Source of the DNA: Eledone cirrhosa
Taxonomy: Eukaryota
Reading direction: 5' to 3'
Assembly: GCA_964016885.1 (NCBI GenBank)
Contig: OZ024742.1
Span: 119,226,001 to 119,290,000 of the forward strand
DNA length: 64,000 nt
Below the pieces are notes generated by a model, which was not told where the DNA came from, ran no database searches, and was given only the letters and a program-made list of their open reading frames with translations. Of the stretch, positions 28,733-41,461 are shown one piece after another. Made by a program: the position numbers and the translations under genes. The first letter of the stretch is position 1, and every line of letters begins with the position of its first letter.

Positions 28733-28883
28733 ATACACGCACGTATATATATGGGCCTTCCACTTTCATTTTACATTATATATATGTCTGTATATTTTAA
28801 TTATTTAAAAATTATTTTTAAGTGAACATGATTAAAAAAAATATTTTGATGTAAACGTGACTCAACGGGTAACAGGTGGTTTA

Positions 28884-28959
<76 letters not shown>

Positions 28960-29053
28960 GTTGAACACTGGGAGGTAATATCCGTAGTGGTAGAGCACTC
29001 AGACCAAGGGACGAGTTAGGTAGAAGTGGTTACACAACAGTTAGTTCACCATA

Positions 29054-29093
29054 CCGAGAACAATTGTTTCACCTTCACGGATCGTCAGCTCGG
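29054..29093 (-). ncRNA. Minimal type I hammerhead ribozyme
   Basis: CCGAG-CTGACGA-T-CC-GTGAA-GG-T-GAAA-CAATTG-TT-CTCGG. Confidence 0.85.
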
Positions 29094-29145
29094 GATGTGT
29101 ATGGTTATAATAACCATACACATCCCGAGCTGTTGTGTAACCACT

Positions 29146-29259
<114 letters not shown>

Positions 29260-29484
29260 AATAATCGAGTATCGAAAAATCGGCGCACGAGTTCACGATA
29301 AACAAAATTCGAAATGAGCGGCAGAGGGCTCAATAATTCAGATAAATCAGAGCTATAACTATCGTTAAAATACCGTCACACATAGAACATGTCTACAATC
29401 AACCATACGACCGAAAAATTACGATCTGGAAGATTCGGGACACTCAGATAAAATATCAATAAATCAATAAATCAAATGAATGTA

Positions 29485-29534
<50 letters not shown>

Positions 29535-29535
<1 letters not shown>

Positions 29536-30350
29536 TAGCTGAGTAGCCCGTCGTTGCCGGCTAATAATCACAATAGTATGCTTTTATTTCATTAAAATTC
29601 CATGTCAGACCATGTCTCCCCCGAATGATAGTCCCCTTGGTGAGGACATCCAGTAGAAAGTTGACCATGGGCGAAACAAAGCTCTTCAAGGTGTAAACTG
29701 GCAACGGAAAATGTTTGTCCCTGTGATTTGTTGATGGTCATGGCAATACTAAGACCCACAGGAAATTGAAGTCGTTTAAATTGAAATGGGACATCAGTGG
29801 AGATAAGGGGAATTCTTAGAATGAACACATCCTCTCCCTTACCACATCCTGTTGAAATAGTGGCTTGAATCACGTGTAGATACATATTTTTCAATACCAA
29901 TCGAGTGCCGTTGCATAGCGTTGGTGGGTCTAATTTCCTCAATAACATGATGGGTGCTCCTTCTTTAAGGTGAAGGACATGTGGAGGCATTCCTGATGGT
30001 TTTAATGAGTTGAGAAACTTTGTCGGGCAATTGACAGATTCTGACTGTTCCACCACAGTGTCGACAGGTCGTTAGAGACTCGAAACCTTTGGAATTCTTT
30101 TTAACAGTTCTTGGTTTACCAATTTCACAGTCACATTTTTCGGAGCCAATATAGTCATTTCACTGAGCCACTTGGGACTGGCAAACTGATATCCAGTTTT
30201 TCTATAAGATGACATATTGATTCCACCATCGTGCCTATGGGACTTATATCAATAGCTCCTTTGCTATCTACTTGAAGAATACCTGTCCACATATAAATAT
30301 GTGGACAGGTATTCAAGTTTTACATTTATTGTAGTCCCCATTTTCAGCGA
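29535..30350 (-). mobile_element. Helitron 3' portion: PIF1-like helicase C-terminus and 3' terminus
   Basis: FLNSLKPSGMPPHVLHLKEGAPIMLLRKLDPPTLCNGTRL...RLQFPV...AMTINKSQGQT. The terminus is a hairpin-like CCGGCAACGACGGG followed by CTAG|T at 29535. Confidence 0.9.
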
Positions 30351-30923
30351 AATGTATCTTTGAATTTTTATGTTTATTTTTTTCTCTTCGGCTCCGATGA
30401 GGAGACCATATCAAACTTTTCTTTTTAATATCACTTACTATTATCGATTTTATAATCGATAATTATCATCTATATGTGAAGAATACTGGTATAGTTCCCG
30501 AAATTAATTAGTTCCAGCCATTAAATAGATTTGTTCAAGAATTTGGTATTGTTTTTTCAAGCATTTAATTTCGAGAATTGCCACCCTTTGACCTTTTTCT
30601 CGTACACGAGTTGACCGAACATGACTTTGTAACTCCCCAAGGTCATAGATTCTTTTCTGCATATGTTGCAACGAAAGAAAAAAGAAAAGGCAATACTCAT
30701 GCAACGCGTGGAAGTCGTTTAGGTCAAGCGATGCCTGTGTTTGAAGCTTTTTTAAGTAAATAACATATGATTGTATGTATATGTGCGTGTGTGTGTGTCT
30801 TTGTATGTATGTATGTATGTATGTATGTATGTATGTATGTATGTATGTATGTATGTATGCATGTATGTATGCATGTATGTATGTACGTAAGTATGTATGT
30901 ATGTAAGTAAGTATGTATGTATG

Positions 30924-31002
30924 TTCTTCTGGTCTTATAATTTCACAAATTTTTTGCCAATAGAGAGAGAGTCGGTTTCTAACATAGACACAGGACTCTC
31001 TC

Positions 31003-31003
<1 letters not shown>
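30924..31003 (-). mobile_element. 80-bp 3'-terminal stub of the (TACA)n R4-clade LINE
   Basis: Matches 36090-36169. (TATG)n lies on both sides. Confidence 0.9.
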
Positions 31004-31033
<30 letters not shown>

Positions 31034-31063
31034 TGTATGTATGTATGTATGTATGTATGTATG

Positions 31064-31092
<29 letters not shown>

Positions 31093-31094
<2 letters not shown>

Positions 31095-31528
31095 GAGTCA
31101 ATGGCCATCCAAAATCACCGGGAGAGATGACCCTTTAGCCTTTGTCAAGGCAGAATTCTAGGAGAAGGAAAACTCTGATATAACACCTGCAACTCTGATG
31201 GTATCCAATGATGTTGACTTGTTCTTCTTTTTGGTAAATATCATCTTGGTTAAGAGAGTGGGACTGGCTTTGTGCAGTGCCTTTGCTCACTATAAAAGCT
31301 TCACGGCACAGGCATTGCTTTATATCTGGAGATCTCTCTGCACTTGTCGTCACAGGGTACCATGGGCCCAGCACTATGTGTCAATATTTGTCACAAGTGT
31401 AGTGTTTGTACCAGAGTTTTCAAGTTGCTGGTTGGACTAAAAAGTCACACTCGTTCAGCGCATCGGTAGGGTTTCTCCTATATGGATATAAAGTAGTGGC
31501 CGTACTCGAAAACGAGTTGGCAGCCACC
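31093..31528 (+). mobile_element. ~435-bp non-coding interspersed retroposon with (ATGT)n tail
   Basis: A second copy at 47781-48153 (minus) shares the GCAGCCACC-ATGT end. Confidence 0.75.
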
Positions 31529-31877
31529 ATGTATGTATGTATGTATGTATGTATGTATGTAGGTATGTATGTAAGTATGCATGTGTGTAACTATATATGT
31601 AATCTAAGTATGTATGGCTTAATGGTTAAGGTGTTCGATTCCCGATTTCGATTCTTGAACAATGTGGCCTGGTGTACAAGATACTTTATTTCAGGTTGCC
31701 GAATATGGCGAGTGAGAAATAGAAACTTCAATGTATTGTGTCTATTCTCTCTATTTCGAAACCAAAATTCCTTTAGTAGGGTTCAGATCTTGAGAAGAAA
31801 GCAAGGGAAAAAAGTTCGATAATCATAGATAATTCAAGTTTTATTTTTACAATAATTTTAGAAAATGCAGTCAGTCA

Positions 31878-32150
31878 CAAGAGACCGGATTTGTGGGTCA
31901 CACAAAACTGGTAGCTTCATCATGAGAACGCCCCAGCTCATTCACTGCAGTTGATTCAATGTTTCCTTGCAAAAAAAGAAAAAAAACAAAAAAACATTTG
32001 TTCACTCGCCAGGTTCCTTACTCTCCAGACATAGCTCTTTCTGACTTCTGGTTGTTCCGAAAAATGAAGACACCACTGAAAGGTTCTTGCTTTGAGACCT
32101 GAGGACATCATCTGGAGTGTGATAGAAGAACTGAAAGAAGGATCCCTTAC
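31878..32150 (+). mobile_element. Mariner transposase remnant
   Basis: KRPDLW...W*LHHENAPAHS...PYSPDIALSDFWLFRKMKTPLKG (HDNA and YSPDLAP motifs). Confidence 0.85.
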
Positions 32151-32707
32151 GTCCTCGAAAAGTGGGAGGATCATTGAACCCACTTCAATTGACCATAATT
32201 CTCTTAGCTTAATGTAGAGTATATATAAGACGAACAGACTATTGAATCTCTATATCGCCAGGCACCTTGCAGGCGTGCAATTTCATGCATGAAAGCGGTA
32301 TTGTATTTGTAATACCAGTTTTCACAACAGATTGGAGATAAATACATATAAATATTATCACTAGAAATAGATGAAAAACTGACTGAGCACGAACACGTGT
32401 GCATCATGTCATGTTGACGTTGGGAAAATGGAATAATTTAGATTTACGTCAAAGGAATGTGGTTGAGTGTTTGGGTTTACTAAAAAGAAATCCTGCCACC
32501 TGCATATTTTAAGAGACGAAAGGCAGAGAGACGGGCTGAAGAAGAAAAGAAGGAAGAAGGCAAGAGAACGAGAGTAAAAAAAAAAAATAAAATAAAAAAA
32601 TATATATATATATAGCAAAGGAATTGTGGTAAGGAACCAGATGAACCATAACGCACCCGAGTTCTCAATACTTAGGGTAGTAGAATGGGAAATAGGAAAA
32701 AGTATGA

Positions 32708-32801
32708 CCCCGACGGCAGAGATCAAGCCGTTTCGACGGCTATTTCTGGACTAAATTAGAATTTTTTACCTGGTGAATAAATAGCCGAACTTTTCAAGGG
32801 G
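32708..32801 (-). ncRNA. Type I hammerhead, U3-A8 core variant
   Basis: CCCC-TTGAAAA-GTTCGGCTATTT...AAATAGCCGTC-GAAA-CGGC-TTGATCTCT-GCCG-TC-GGGG. Predicted cleavage between 32712 and 32711. Confidence 0.8.
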
Positions 32802-33337
32802 GGTACTCCCTTATATGGGAAGATTGTAGTTGTCAAGAGGATTGGTTAAAATTTGTTGTAAACACAAATAAGTCTATCATGGCATTTGGTGGGAGGTAGG
32901 GGTGGCTGAACTTGTCTGTAGAACAATAGGGGAGTGACAGGAGCGGTCAAGCGTTGAAAGTGATATGTATACAGCAGATTCTGAGGATAGAGTATGAAGT
33001 GGAGGAGGGACGTTATAGAATAGGTAAATCGAATGAGAGTAGAAGACAATAAAAGATAATAGAAATAAATAAAAAAATATATAAAATTAGATAGTGAGAA
33101 ATGAATAAAAAAAAAATCACAATGCTATCTTACAATTACAGGTTATAGAAAAACTTGTAGAAATTGAGTAGTACCAGAACTGATACAGAATTAAAGGGGT
33201 TTAACACGTCTGCTATAAGTAGTTAGTAAAACGTATTCGCCCAATTCTATCTTAAGATTGCAGGGGTGGGGGAACTGATGCTACAGAGGCCCGATGGGCT
33301 GCATCGGGGTAGACGAAGGGGAAAGCAGACGAGGAAG

Positions 33338-33875
33338 AAAATAGGGGGTGGAAGGAAGTGATAGGATGAGACAGGGGGAAGAAGAAGACAAAGAGGAAAA
33401 GAAAAGAAAAGATATACATCTACCTAAGTAAGCTGGGGTTTTCCCTAACTTATTCGGCAAGTAGGGGGTATCAGCCCTTCTCTACCCACCCGGGTCGTTA
33501 TGGGGTTTGAGGGCGAGGTAAGTCCTACGCAATCTGTGTTTGTATGCGGTTACCAGTCCCTCTTTCTTGTTTAGGAGTTGGTCCTTCGAAAACAGCATTT
33601 GTAATGTTACATTACAAATGCTGTTTTCGAAGGACCAACTCCTAAACAAGAAAGAGGGACTGGTAACCGCATACAAACACAGATTGCGTAGGACTTACCT
33701 CGCCCTCAAACCCCATAACGACCCGGGTGGGTAGACAAGGGCTGATACTTGCCGAATAAGTTAGGGGAAACCCCAGCTTACTTAGGTAGATGTATATCTT
33801 TTCTTTTCTTTTCCTCTTTGTCTTCTTCTTCCCCCTGTCTCATCCTATCACTTCCTTCCACCCCCTATTTTCTAT
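33338..33875. repeat. ~265-bp-arm palindrome of the Penelope ORF end and 3' UTR
   Basis: Centre at ~33608. The ORF track shows an identical 64-aa ORF on both strands. Confidence 0.95.
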
Positions 33876-35035
33876 TGTCGTTATGGGGTTTGAGGGCGAG
33901 GTAAGTCCTACGCAAAGGGGTGGCCCTTTTGAGCACACTCCAGGTCAGGTTGTAATCGATATTCTTTTTTCTATAATTATTAATTGTTGCAGCCAAGGAT
34001 GTTGTATTAGCTAATGCGGCATTTTTAAAACTGTTTGTGGGTATTAAATCTTACTTTAAATTGGTTAGAAGTAGCTCCTATATATGAATAAGTTGAGTCC
34101 TTAGTGCTAATTTTACATTTATATACTATGTTATTAATAAGACAATTTCCCTTTAATGGACAATTTCTTTTGTTTCTACAGTTACAACCATTCGTGAATA
34201 TTATATCAGGGGAGTTAGTCAAATTTGGTGTGGAATTTACTCGACTTGTTATATGTGAAAGAGATGGTGGTTTGTTGCGGTTTATTTTAGTATTATCGTT
34301 GGTTTGATGTGTTGGTGGTATATTCGTGTTTTTTTTACATTTATATGCATTGTACGCACTTATATTTTGTTGTATATTTTTGGTAGGGGAGTAGGAAAAT
34401 TTGACAGTTGATCTATTTAAAATTTGATGGTATTTATGGTTTGGCGGAAAGATTTTCTCTAGGATAGTAAAATTTTTTTTAGGGATATTATCTTTAATTT
34501 GTAGATTAAATGGAACATTATACCAAGTAACTCGTCTATTACGGTTTCGGTGTTGTTTTTTATATTTATACGATGTATCAGGATGTTTACTAAGAGAGTT
34601 AGTATTAGTGAATTTATTATATATAGGTTTAGTTAGATTAACTGATTTAGGTGTTTTAGTCTGATTATTAGGAATTTTGTTAGTAATGTTATTAACGTAT
34701 ATTGGAGTATTAGGATGAATGGTTTTTTGAAAGTTATATTGTATGTGAGAAGAGGTAGAGAAATTAAGTTTTAAGTTGGTATTTTGGGGTGTAGTGTGAG
34801 TGGCATTTAGGTGTGTTTTTCATATTGGGTTGTATGTTTGAAGTAGTATTGGTGCAAGGTATGTAGACTAATTTGTTTTTGTGGCCGCTTCTAGCTAACG
34901 CTTCGTTATAAAAGGACGCATTTTTATCGAATACATCCTGGTAAGATGAAAGGTTAGAAATTCTGAGTGAGATATTATATGCTAGGTTTTTAAGGATAGA
35001 TCTAGGGTGATTGGATTGTGAGTGTATGTAATGTA

Positions 35036-35082
<47 letters not shown>

Positions 35083-35376
35083 GCAAGTTTGAAGAATTAT
35101 TAGATAAAATATATCCAGTCTTTCCTCACCCTAGTCCGTAGAAATCAACCAGATATACAATCATTTAAACGAGGCTATAAGTTTAAAATGTAACTATCAA
35201 GAAATAATAGACAAATGATACAGACTATTTTCCGCGAGGAACAGTCAGATAAAATGTATCTAGTCATTCCTTTTAGCCCGTAGAAATTAACTAGACAACT
35301 AATCAATTAAACGGAGCTAAGTCTAAAATATAAGTTAGAAGAAAAAATGCATATAAACATTACCAAAATTCCTCTA

Positions 35377-35462
35377 GTCCCGACTGTCGACAGTTTCGCT
35401 CGCACTTTGTGGATATATCCAATCTTGGTATTATCCATGAGGCTTCGAGCTTATCAAGCGAC
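35377..35462 (-). ncRNA. Type I hammerhead, U3-A8 core variant
   Basis: GTCGC-TTGATAA-GCTCG...CGAGC-GAAA-CTG-TCGA-CAG-TC-GGGAC. Palindromic stem III. Confidence 0.8.
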
Positions 35463-35765
35463 CCCTCAGGTTTGGATTAAGATTTCCACAGTGATCATTG
35501 CCAGAAATGAATTCAAAAACGGCTAAGAATCATCACGTGGCTAGTGGTCAAAGTAGAAGGTTGTGAATGGTGGCCAGGCGGAAAGTAGGCTGGCTGCTAG
35601 AAAGCGCAGCCAGATACTGCCTAAAGTTTTACTCAAACGTACGGGAGTATATGTTAAATTCATAGGGATATATGTATAAATTTAGACAGATATTTTGACA
35701 TAGTCTAAACCACGGTGTGGTTCAATGAAAAATTTAATTAAGCAAATAATTATTAATCAGAGCAT

Positions 35766-35892
<127 letters not shown>

Positions 35893-35894
35893 AA

Positions 35895-35980
35895 TTGACT
35901 CGCAATCGCGAGGTTGTGAGTTCGATTCCTGGACAGGGAGATGCGTTATGTTCTTGAGCAAGACACTTTATTTCCTGTTT
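35895..35980 (+). mobile_element. tRNA/CORE-like SINE fragment
   Basis: GAGTTCGATTCC...GTTCTTGAGCAAGACACTTTA. A reverse copy lies at ~39985-40055. Confidence 0.7.
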
Positions 35981-36087
35981 GTTGGAATTGGAAAAGGAAT
36001 GTCTTAACGTATCGGACGTTAGCCCTTCATCATGAGGAGTAAAGTTAGAAGAAAGAGGAGGCTAGAAGGTTTGTATGTATGCATGTA

Positions 36088-37404
36088 TGTTCTTCTGGTT
36101 TTATAATTTCACAAATTTTTTCCCAATAGAGAGAGAGCCGGTTTCTAACATAGACACAAGACTCTCTCATTGGAATTTAGACAACATCAACTAGGCAGAT
36201 ATGTATGCATGCATGTGTAGATATGGATGTTATTGTATGTGTGGATGTGTATGTTTTGAGTTGTATGTGTGCATGTGTATATGCTTTGTATCTGTACATG
36301 TGTATATGCAGTTATTAGATGCAAATCTTTGGAATGTTTTACATATTTTTACTGTTCCATTAATGGATTGTACTTGTAATTTCCTAACTAGTTGTGTTCT
36401 TTCTGTTCCTGTGAAGCCTAGCTTCTCAAGATTTGTATTGAGGCAGTTACTAACATACTCCAGTGCCCCAATAATCGCAGGCATAAATCTGAAGGTGTAA
36501 TCAGGGTGGAATATCTGCAGATTTCTCATCAGTTCTGCATAAATATTCTCCTTTTCACTAATATTTGATATTATATTGGCATCTGCTGGGCAGCTAATTT
36601 CCACTACTGTGCATGTTTTCTTCTCCCTGTCCTATATCATAATATCTGGTCTGTTATGCCTGCATTTTATTGGGGTTTTTACTGGAACATTCCACCAGCA
36701 CTCTTTCATATTATGTACATGGATGTCTTCCACATTGCTGTAGCTTTTAATGTGTTTATTATCGGGGCTATCTTTTTTACGAACTGCATTGTACAGTGTT
36801 TTGGCCACTACATCATGCCTCATAGGTAGATAGTACCGCGATGACATCTTTGGACAGCTGCTGATGACATGGGTGATATCCTCGATGTTAGTTCTGCAGA
36901 GTCTGCACTTGTTATCACATCTAGGTGTTTTGCCTGCATCCCTATCTCTTTTGTGAATCAGGAATTTCGTGTTAATCTCCTGTTCTTGGATTGCAAAAGC
37001 GTATCCTTCAAAGTGGGAGCCAATATAGCGGTTGTTGGTCCAAGATAGACTACTTTCCTTATCTATACTACTCTTACTCTGGAGCTTCCTCGCAACATAT
37101 CCATGCATGATTTTTTGCTGATAAGTATGTAGTTTTTCATCCATGGATTCACTGCGATACTGCTGAGCGACTTCCCTGGGTGTGAGTTTTTGATTATCAC
37201 ACAGGGAATATCTCTCGAGGAGTTCCTTCCCAACTCTCATGATCTTATCCGTTTCATGCAGATAGACTTGCTCGAGAAACGGGCTCCTACGCTTCGAGGT
37301 TCGTAGATGTTGTCGGAGAGATGTGATGCGACATTCAAATGTTGTCTGGACTGATGTTAGGCCTCTGCCTCCCTGCTTACGTTTCAAGTAAAGGCGGTCT
37401 ATGT
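36088..37404 (-). mobile_element. 5'-truncated R4/Dong-clade LINE (CCHC knuckle plus PD-(D/E)xK RLE endonuclease) ending in (TACA)n
   Basis: DIDRLYLKRKQGGRGL...CRLC...THVISSC...RHDVVAK...NRPDIMI*DREKK..VVEISCP...KENIY. Confidence 0.92.
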
Positions 37405-37479
37405 CAATTCAAGTAAAAGTGGTCTATGTCACTTCAAGTAAAGGCGGTCTATGTCACTTCAAGTAAAGGCGGTCTATGT
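37383..37479. repeat. 25-bp tandem repeat x4 at the LINE 5' junction
   Basis: TTCAAGTAAAGGCGGTCTATGTCAC at 37383, 37408, 37433 and 37458. Confidence 0.95.
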
Positions 37480-37681
37480 TTTGCATATTTTGAAGGTGCC
37501 AGCTATCGCAGCCATTTGCAGACTATGAATTAGGGAGCTGCGCTTTTTGTCCGCAAATCTAAGTTCAGTCATACTTTGGTCCAAGCGGGTTGGTATATAA
37601 CCCGTAGCTCCAATAATGATGGGTATGAAGCTAAAGGTGTATCTTGGATACTGGATTTGTAAACTCCTCATCAATGGTCTG
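37476..37681 (-). mobile_element. RLE C-terminal fragment of a related R4-clade subfamily
   Basis: LMRSLQIQYPRYTFSFIPIIIGATGYIP...IAGTFKICKT. It abuts (TATG)n. Confidence 0.8.
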
Positions 37682-38059
37682 TATGTATGTATGTATGTAT
37701 GTATGTATGTATGTATGTATGTATGTATGTATGTATGTATGTATGTATGTATGTTTGTATGTATGTATGTTTGTATGTTTGTATGTATGTATGTATTTTT
37801 AGATGTGTGTATGTATATGAGATATTGTGTCTATAGTAGAAATCAGTATATGTTTGTTTCATTAAAGTAATTAATATCATCATATAGCTGGCCAGCTACT
37901 GAGCCAGTTTCGTTATCAGTAATGGATTAGTTTTAATATCTGTGTAGAAATGTTGAAACCATTGATTAATCTGGTAAAACCATAAAAAAAAATTTCGTTC
38001 AGAAATAGTAGGTGGTCTATCAAATGATTTCAATAAAATTATTCAAGCAGCTTGAATTA

Positions 38060-38121
38060 AGCTTTTTATACGTTTAATTGTTCCAAAATTTTATTTAATC
38101 GTTGGATCACTTCTTCAGGCT
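38060..38121 (-). ncRNA. Decayed hammerhead-like motif
   Basis: CTGAAGA-AGTGATCCAA...TTGGAACAAT-TAAA-CG-TA (G12 mutated). Confidence 0.4.
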
Positions 38122-39019
38122 GGAATGTCAATGTATTGTGACAAGTGGAAAAAAAATCAATCATTCTAGTGTAGAGCTCGTCAATTTTTTTTATAATTAG
38201 AGCACACTTTTGCTACTTTAGTGAGAATAAAACTTTCGTGCCACCCACTATAATTTAACCCAAACGAAAAATTACTTTGCTTTCATAAACAGTAAAGTTA
38301 AATCCTATTTTACACTGGGAAATAAGTTAAAGTAACTTACCGGAAATGAAGTCATTATACATCCACACACGTTTCAGAAGCACGTGTAGTATAATTTAAT
38401 ACTGTTTCATTATCACCTCACACGTTATATTTCATTATCTCTGTTTAATCTTTATCAAATTTGTTTCAATCATGCTGCTCCCACAGTCAACAACTTTCAT
38501 TGTGCCTGCAAGGGATGTATTAAGTGCTGCAGATATAGTAGCTGAAATACATCAGCTTTAAAATACCATTTCCAGCTACAATAACTACCAATGTGGCTAT
38601 TCCGTAGCTTGTGGTTCAATGTATGTTAGCCAGCATTGCTAGATGTAGTTACTGCAACATTCCTGCCAGGTTATTGAAGCATGTGTCATCGATTGGTGGA
38701 AGGATGTTGCAATGTTAATATTCTAGTAAAACCTATATTTACAGTCATGACTCTACTCCGTATTTGCTTGAATACATATAGACCGCTGGGACCGTGGGGT
38801 GGCCAGTGCGTGGGACTCCATTTGCTCACAATAGTGAGAGATGAGGAGGGCGAGAGAGACGGCGGCGATGGCAGTGGGAGTTCGACTCCCCTGTGTTCGG
38901 ACATGGTGTACATGTGTGTGTATCTTTACTTCTATTCATTCTTTCTCTCTTCTCAATTCTCGTGACTAAATATATATATATATATAATTTAAAGGGTATA
39001 TACATATAAACTAGACACA

Positions 39020-39059
<40 letters not shown>

Positions 39060-39124
39060 TTTGGCAACCATTCACGGTGTGGCTCAATGACGAATTAATT
39101 CAATAATCAATAATCAGAGCAATA

Positions 39125-39870
39125 TATAAAAAGTAAGTCTATAGAATCATTAGATAAAATATATACAGTATTTCTTCTCCCAATCAGCATAAATCAACCA
39201 CACAAAAAATCATTTAAACGAGGCTATAAGTTTAAAATATACTCATGAAGAAACAATAGATAAATGATATAGCTTTTTATCCGCGACTCATAGCTACAAA
39301 GAATTTACCCAGTATTTCTAATAGCCTGTACAAATTGACTAGACATATAGTTAACCATACATAATTAGGTACAAAATCAAAGTTAGAAGAAAAAATGTAC
39401 ATAAACCTAACCAAAGTCATCAAAATATCTCTACCCTCGGCGGCTTCATTCCATTTTTGGATATATCCGATCTTGGATAAATCAACGAGGTTTGGAAATC
39501 ATCAGGAGATAACTCATTTGGACAAAGATTTTTCTTACATGATCCCCACCAGAAACGAATTCAAAATGGCTAAGAATCATCACGTGGCTAGTGTACATTT
39601 TTTTCTTCTAACTTTGATTTTGTACCTAATTATGTATGGTTAACTATATGTCTAGTCAATTTCTACAGGTTATCAGAAATACTAGGTAAATTCTTTGTAG
39701 TTATGAGTCACAGATAAAAAGCTATATCATTTATCTATTGTTTCTTCATAAGTATATTTTAAACTTATAGCCTCGTTTAAATAATTTTTTGTGAGTTTGA
39801 TTTATGCTGATTGGGAGAAGAAATACTGTATTTATTTTATCTAATGATTCTATGGACTTACTTTATATAT
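39125..39870. repeat. ~275-bp-arm inverted repeat with a hammerhead in the spacer; homologous to 35077-35560
   Basis: 39125-39402 pairs with 39591-39870. Confidence 0.9.
39427..39510 (-). ncRNA. Type I hammerhead (C3-G8 core; A15.1>G)
   Basis: ATCTC-CTGATGA-T-TTCCA...TGGAA-T-GAAG-CC-GCCGAG-GG-TA-GAGAT. Confidence 0.7.
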
Positions 39871-40933
39871 ATATATAAAGGAACGATCGACTTTCGTCAA
39901 ATCGGACCGAGGGAACAATGTTTCCGTTGGTCTTTCCAATTGTTAATACTATCTATCGGTCGCAACTCCAGGTAGAAGGAGCAACGTGAAATAAAGTGTC
40001 TTGCTCAAGGACATAACGCATCGCCTGGTCCAGGAATCGAACTCACAACCTTACGATATATATATATGAAGAAAGACTATGACCACCTGTTCCCGAACCT
40101 TGTTTCCACTGTTAATGAATTTTAATTTTCATCTTATAATTCTTATTCGTTTACTCTTAAAGTTTTACATTTTTCTTTTAAAATTTGGCGTTATAAAATT
40201 TATTCCAAATCAATTTCTTGTTTATTTTCATTCAACACATCGGTTTCACTGCTACATTTTGTATATGACGTCAGTTCCGCTAACTCAAGTAAGCTTGTTT
40301 TGCAGCGTGAAATAGGATTTCATTAACCTGCGTAAATTTAAAAAGATAAATTGAAATCGTGCATAAGTTAGTGAGATTATTAGACCTGATGCTGAGAGAT
40401 TAAATTTTTAATATCCGGTTCGATTTTTGTTAAGAACAGGGGAAGATTCAGAATCTTCCAAGATGTTTAATCTATTTCTCTCTTTCGTGAGAATATGATT
40501 GTGAAAAATTCTTTGACTGAATGTATTATCAAACTTTCTCCAATGTTATGACTTTTACCACTCTTTTCAATTAGTTGTGATATTTGATATACAGCAGTTA
40601 ATCCATCTTAGTTCTTTGAATGGCGAAATTAATGTAGAACGCATTTTAAATCTTCCACACAGTTCTTGAAAATATTGAATTGGTTTGTCTTTATCAAATT
40701 GGTGTTTTGTAACAAGGTGGAAAATATTCCATGAGCATATGTTGACCTTTACAAAGTTTTCCATTTTCGCACCACTCAACAACAACAACAACAACAACAA
40801 AAACAACAACAACAACAAAATAATGAAGCTATCAGGAAAAACAAAGTTAAAAGGTAGTAAATAGAGTCCAGCTAAACGAAGATCCTACACGTTTTCCAAA
40901 GATTAGATTAAAGTCGTTTATCTACATGAACTG

Positions 40934-41232
40934 TGGAGGCGTGTGGTCGAGTAGTAAGTGTGTTGCACTAACGATCATAATGTCGTGAGTTCCATTCCTG
41001 GACTGGGTTGTGTGTTGTGTTCTTGAGAAAAACACTTTATATCACGTTGTTTCATTATACTCAGCTGATAATGAGTACCAGCAGTAGCTGGGAGTTTAAT
41101 CCTGCGATGGACTGGCGTCCATTTCGGGGGGGGGGGGGGGGAGTTTGTCTAGTACTTTCAGTCGTTTAATGCCACAGAAACCAGGATAAGCACCGACTTG
41201 ATGAGCCTCCAAGCTCGAGGCAGACTTTAGAC
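40934..41232 (+). mobile_element. Full-length tRNA-derived CORE-like SINE with 16-bp TSD
   Basis: TSD TTATCTACATGAACTG at 40918-40933 and 41233-41248. A- and B-box-like head. Confidence 0.9.
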
Positions 41233-41461
41233 TTATCTACATGAACTGATCATAGTTACTCATTCTCACCAATATTTATTCCGATTCTTTACTTTCTGAG
41301 TTCAAATTCAGTCAAGTATTGGAGTCGATATAATCAATTTTCCTTTCTCCCAAATTTACTGGTCTTGTACCAAAATTAGAAACCCTTATTAGATAGTCAG
41401 ACGTCAGTAAAATAATGAACGCTATGTCTCTTTTGTTTATTGACATCTCCTCTGTGTTTAA

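Larger units (their letters stand above)
32614..35030 (-). mobile_element. 5'-truncated, rearranged Penelope-like element: RT C-terminus, GIY-YIG endonuclease, 3' region with hammerhead
   Basis: HSQSNHPRSILKNL...YNEALARSG; CNCRNKRNCPLKGNCLINNIVYKCKI...YIGATSNQFKVRFNTH; YNLTWSVLKRATP; LLNKKEGLVTAYKHR. (TA)n at both ends. Confidence 0.85.

Noticed and set aside
33482-33734. Identical 64-aa ORFs on both strands
   Set aside because: This is a by-product of the palindrome; only the C-terminal half is real Penelope coding sequence.
36005-36032. ATGATGA-AGGGC-TAAC-GTCC-GATA-CGTT on the minus strand
   Set aside because: It has two non-compensated core changes; probably a dead relative of the 1161 motif.
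41185-41230. TTGATGAGCCTC...GAGGC as a hammerhead
   Set aside because: It lacks GAAA and is the ordinary 3' hairpin of the SINE.
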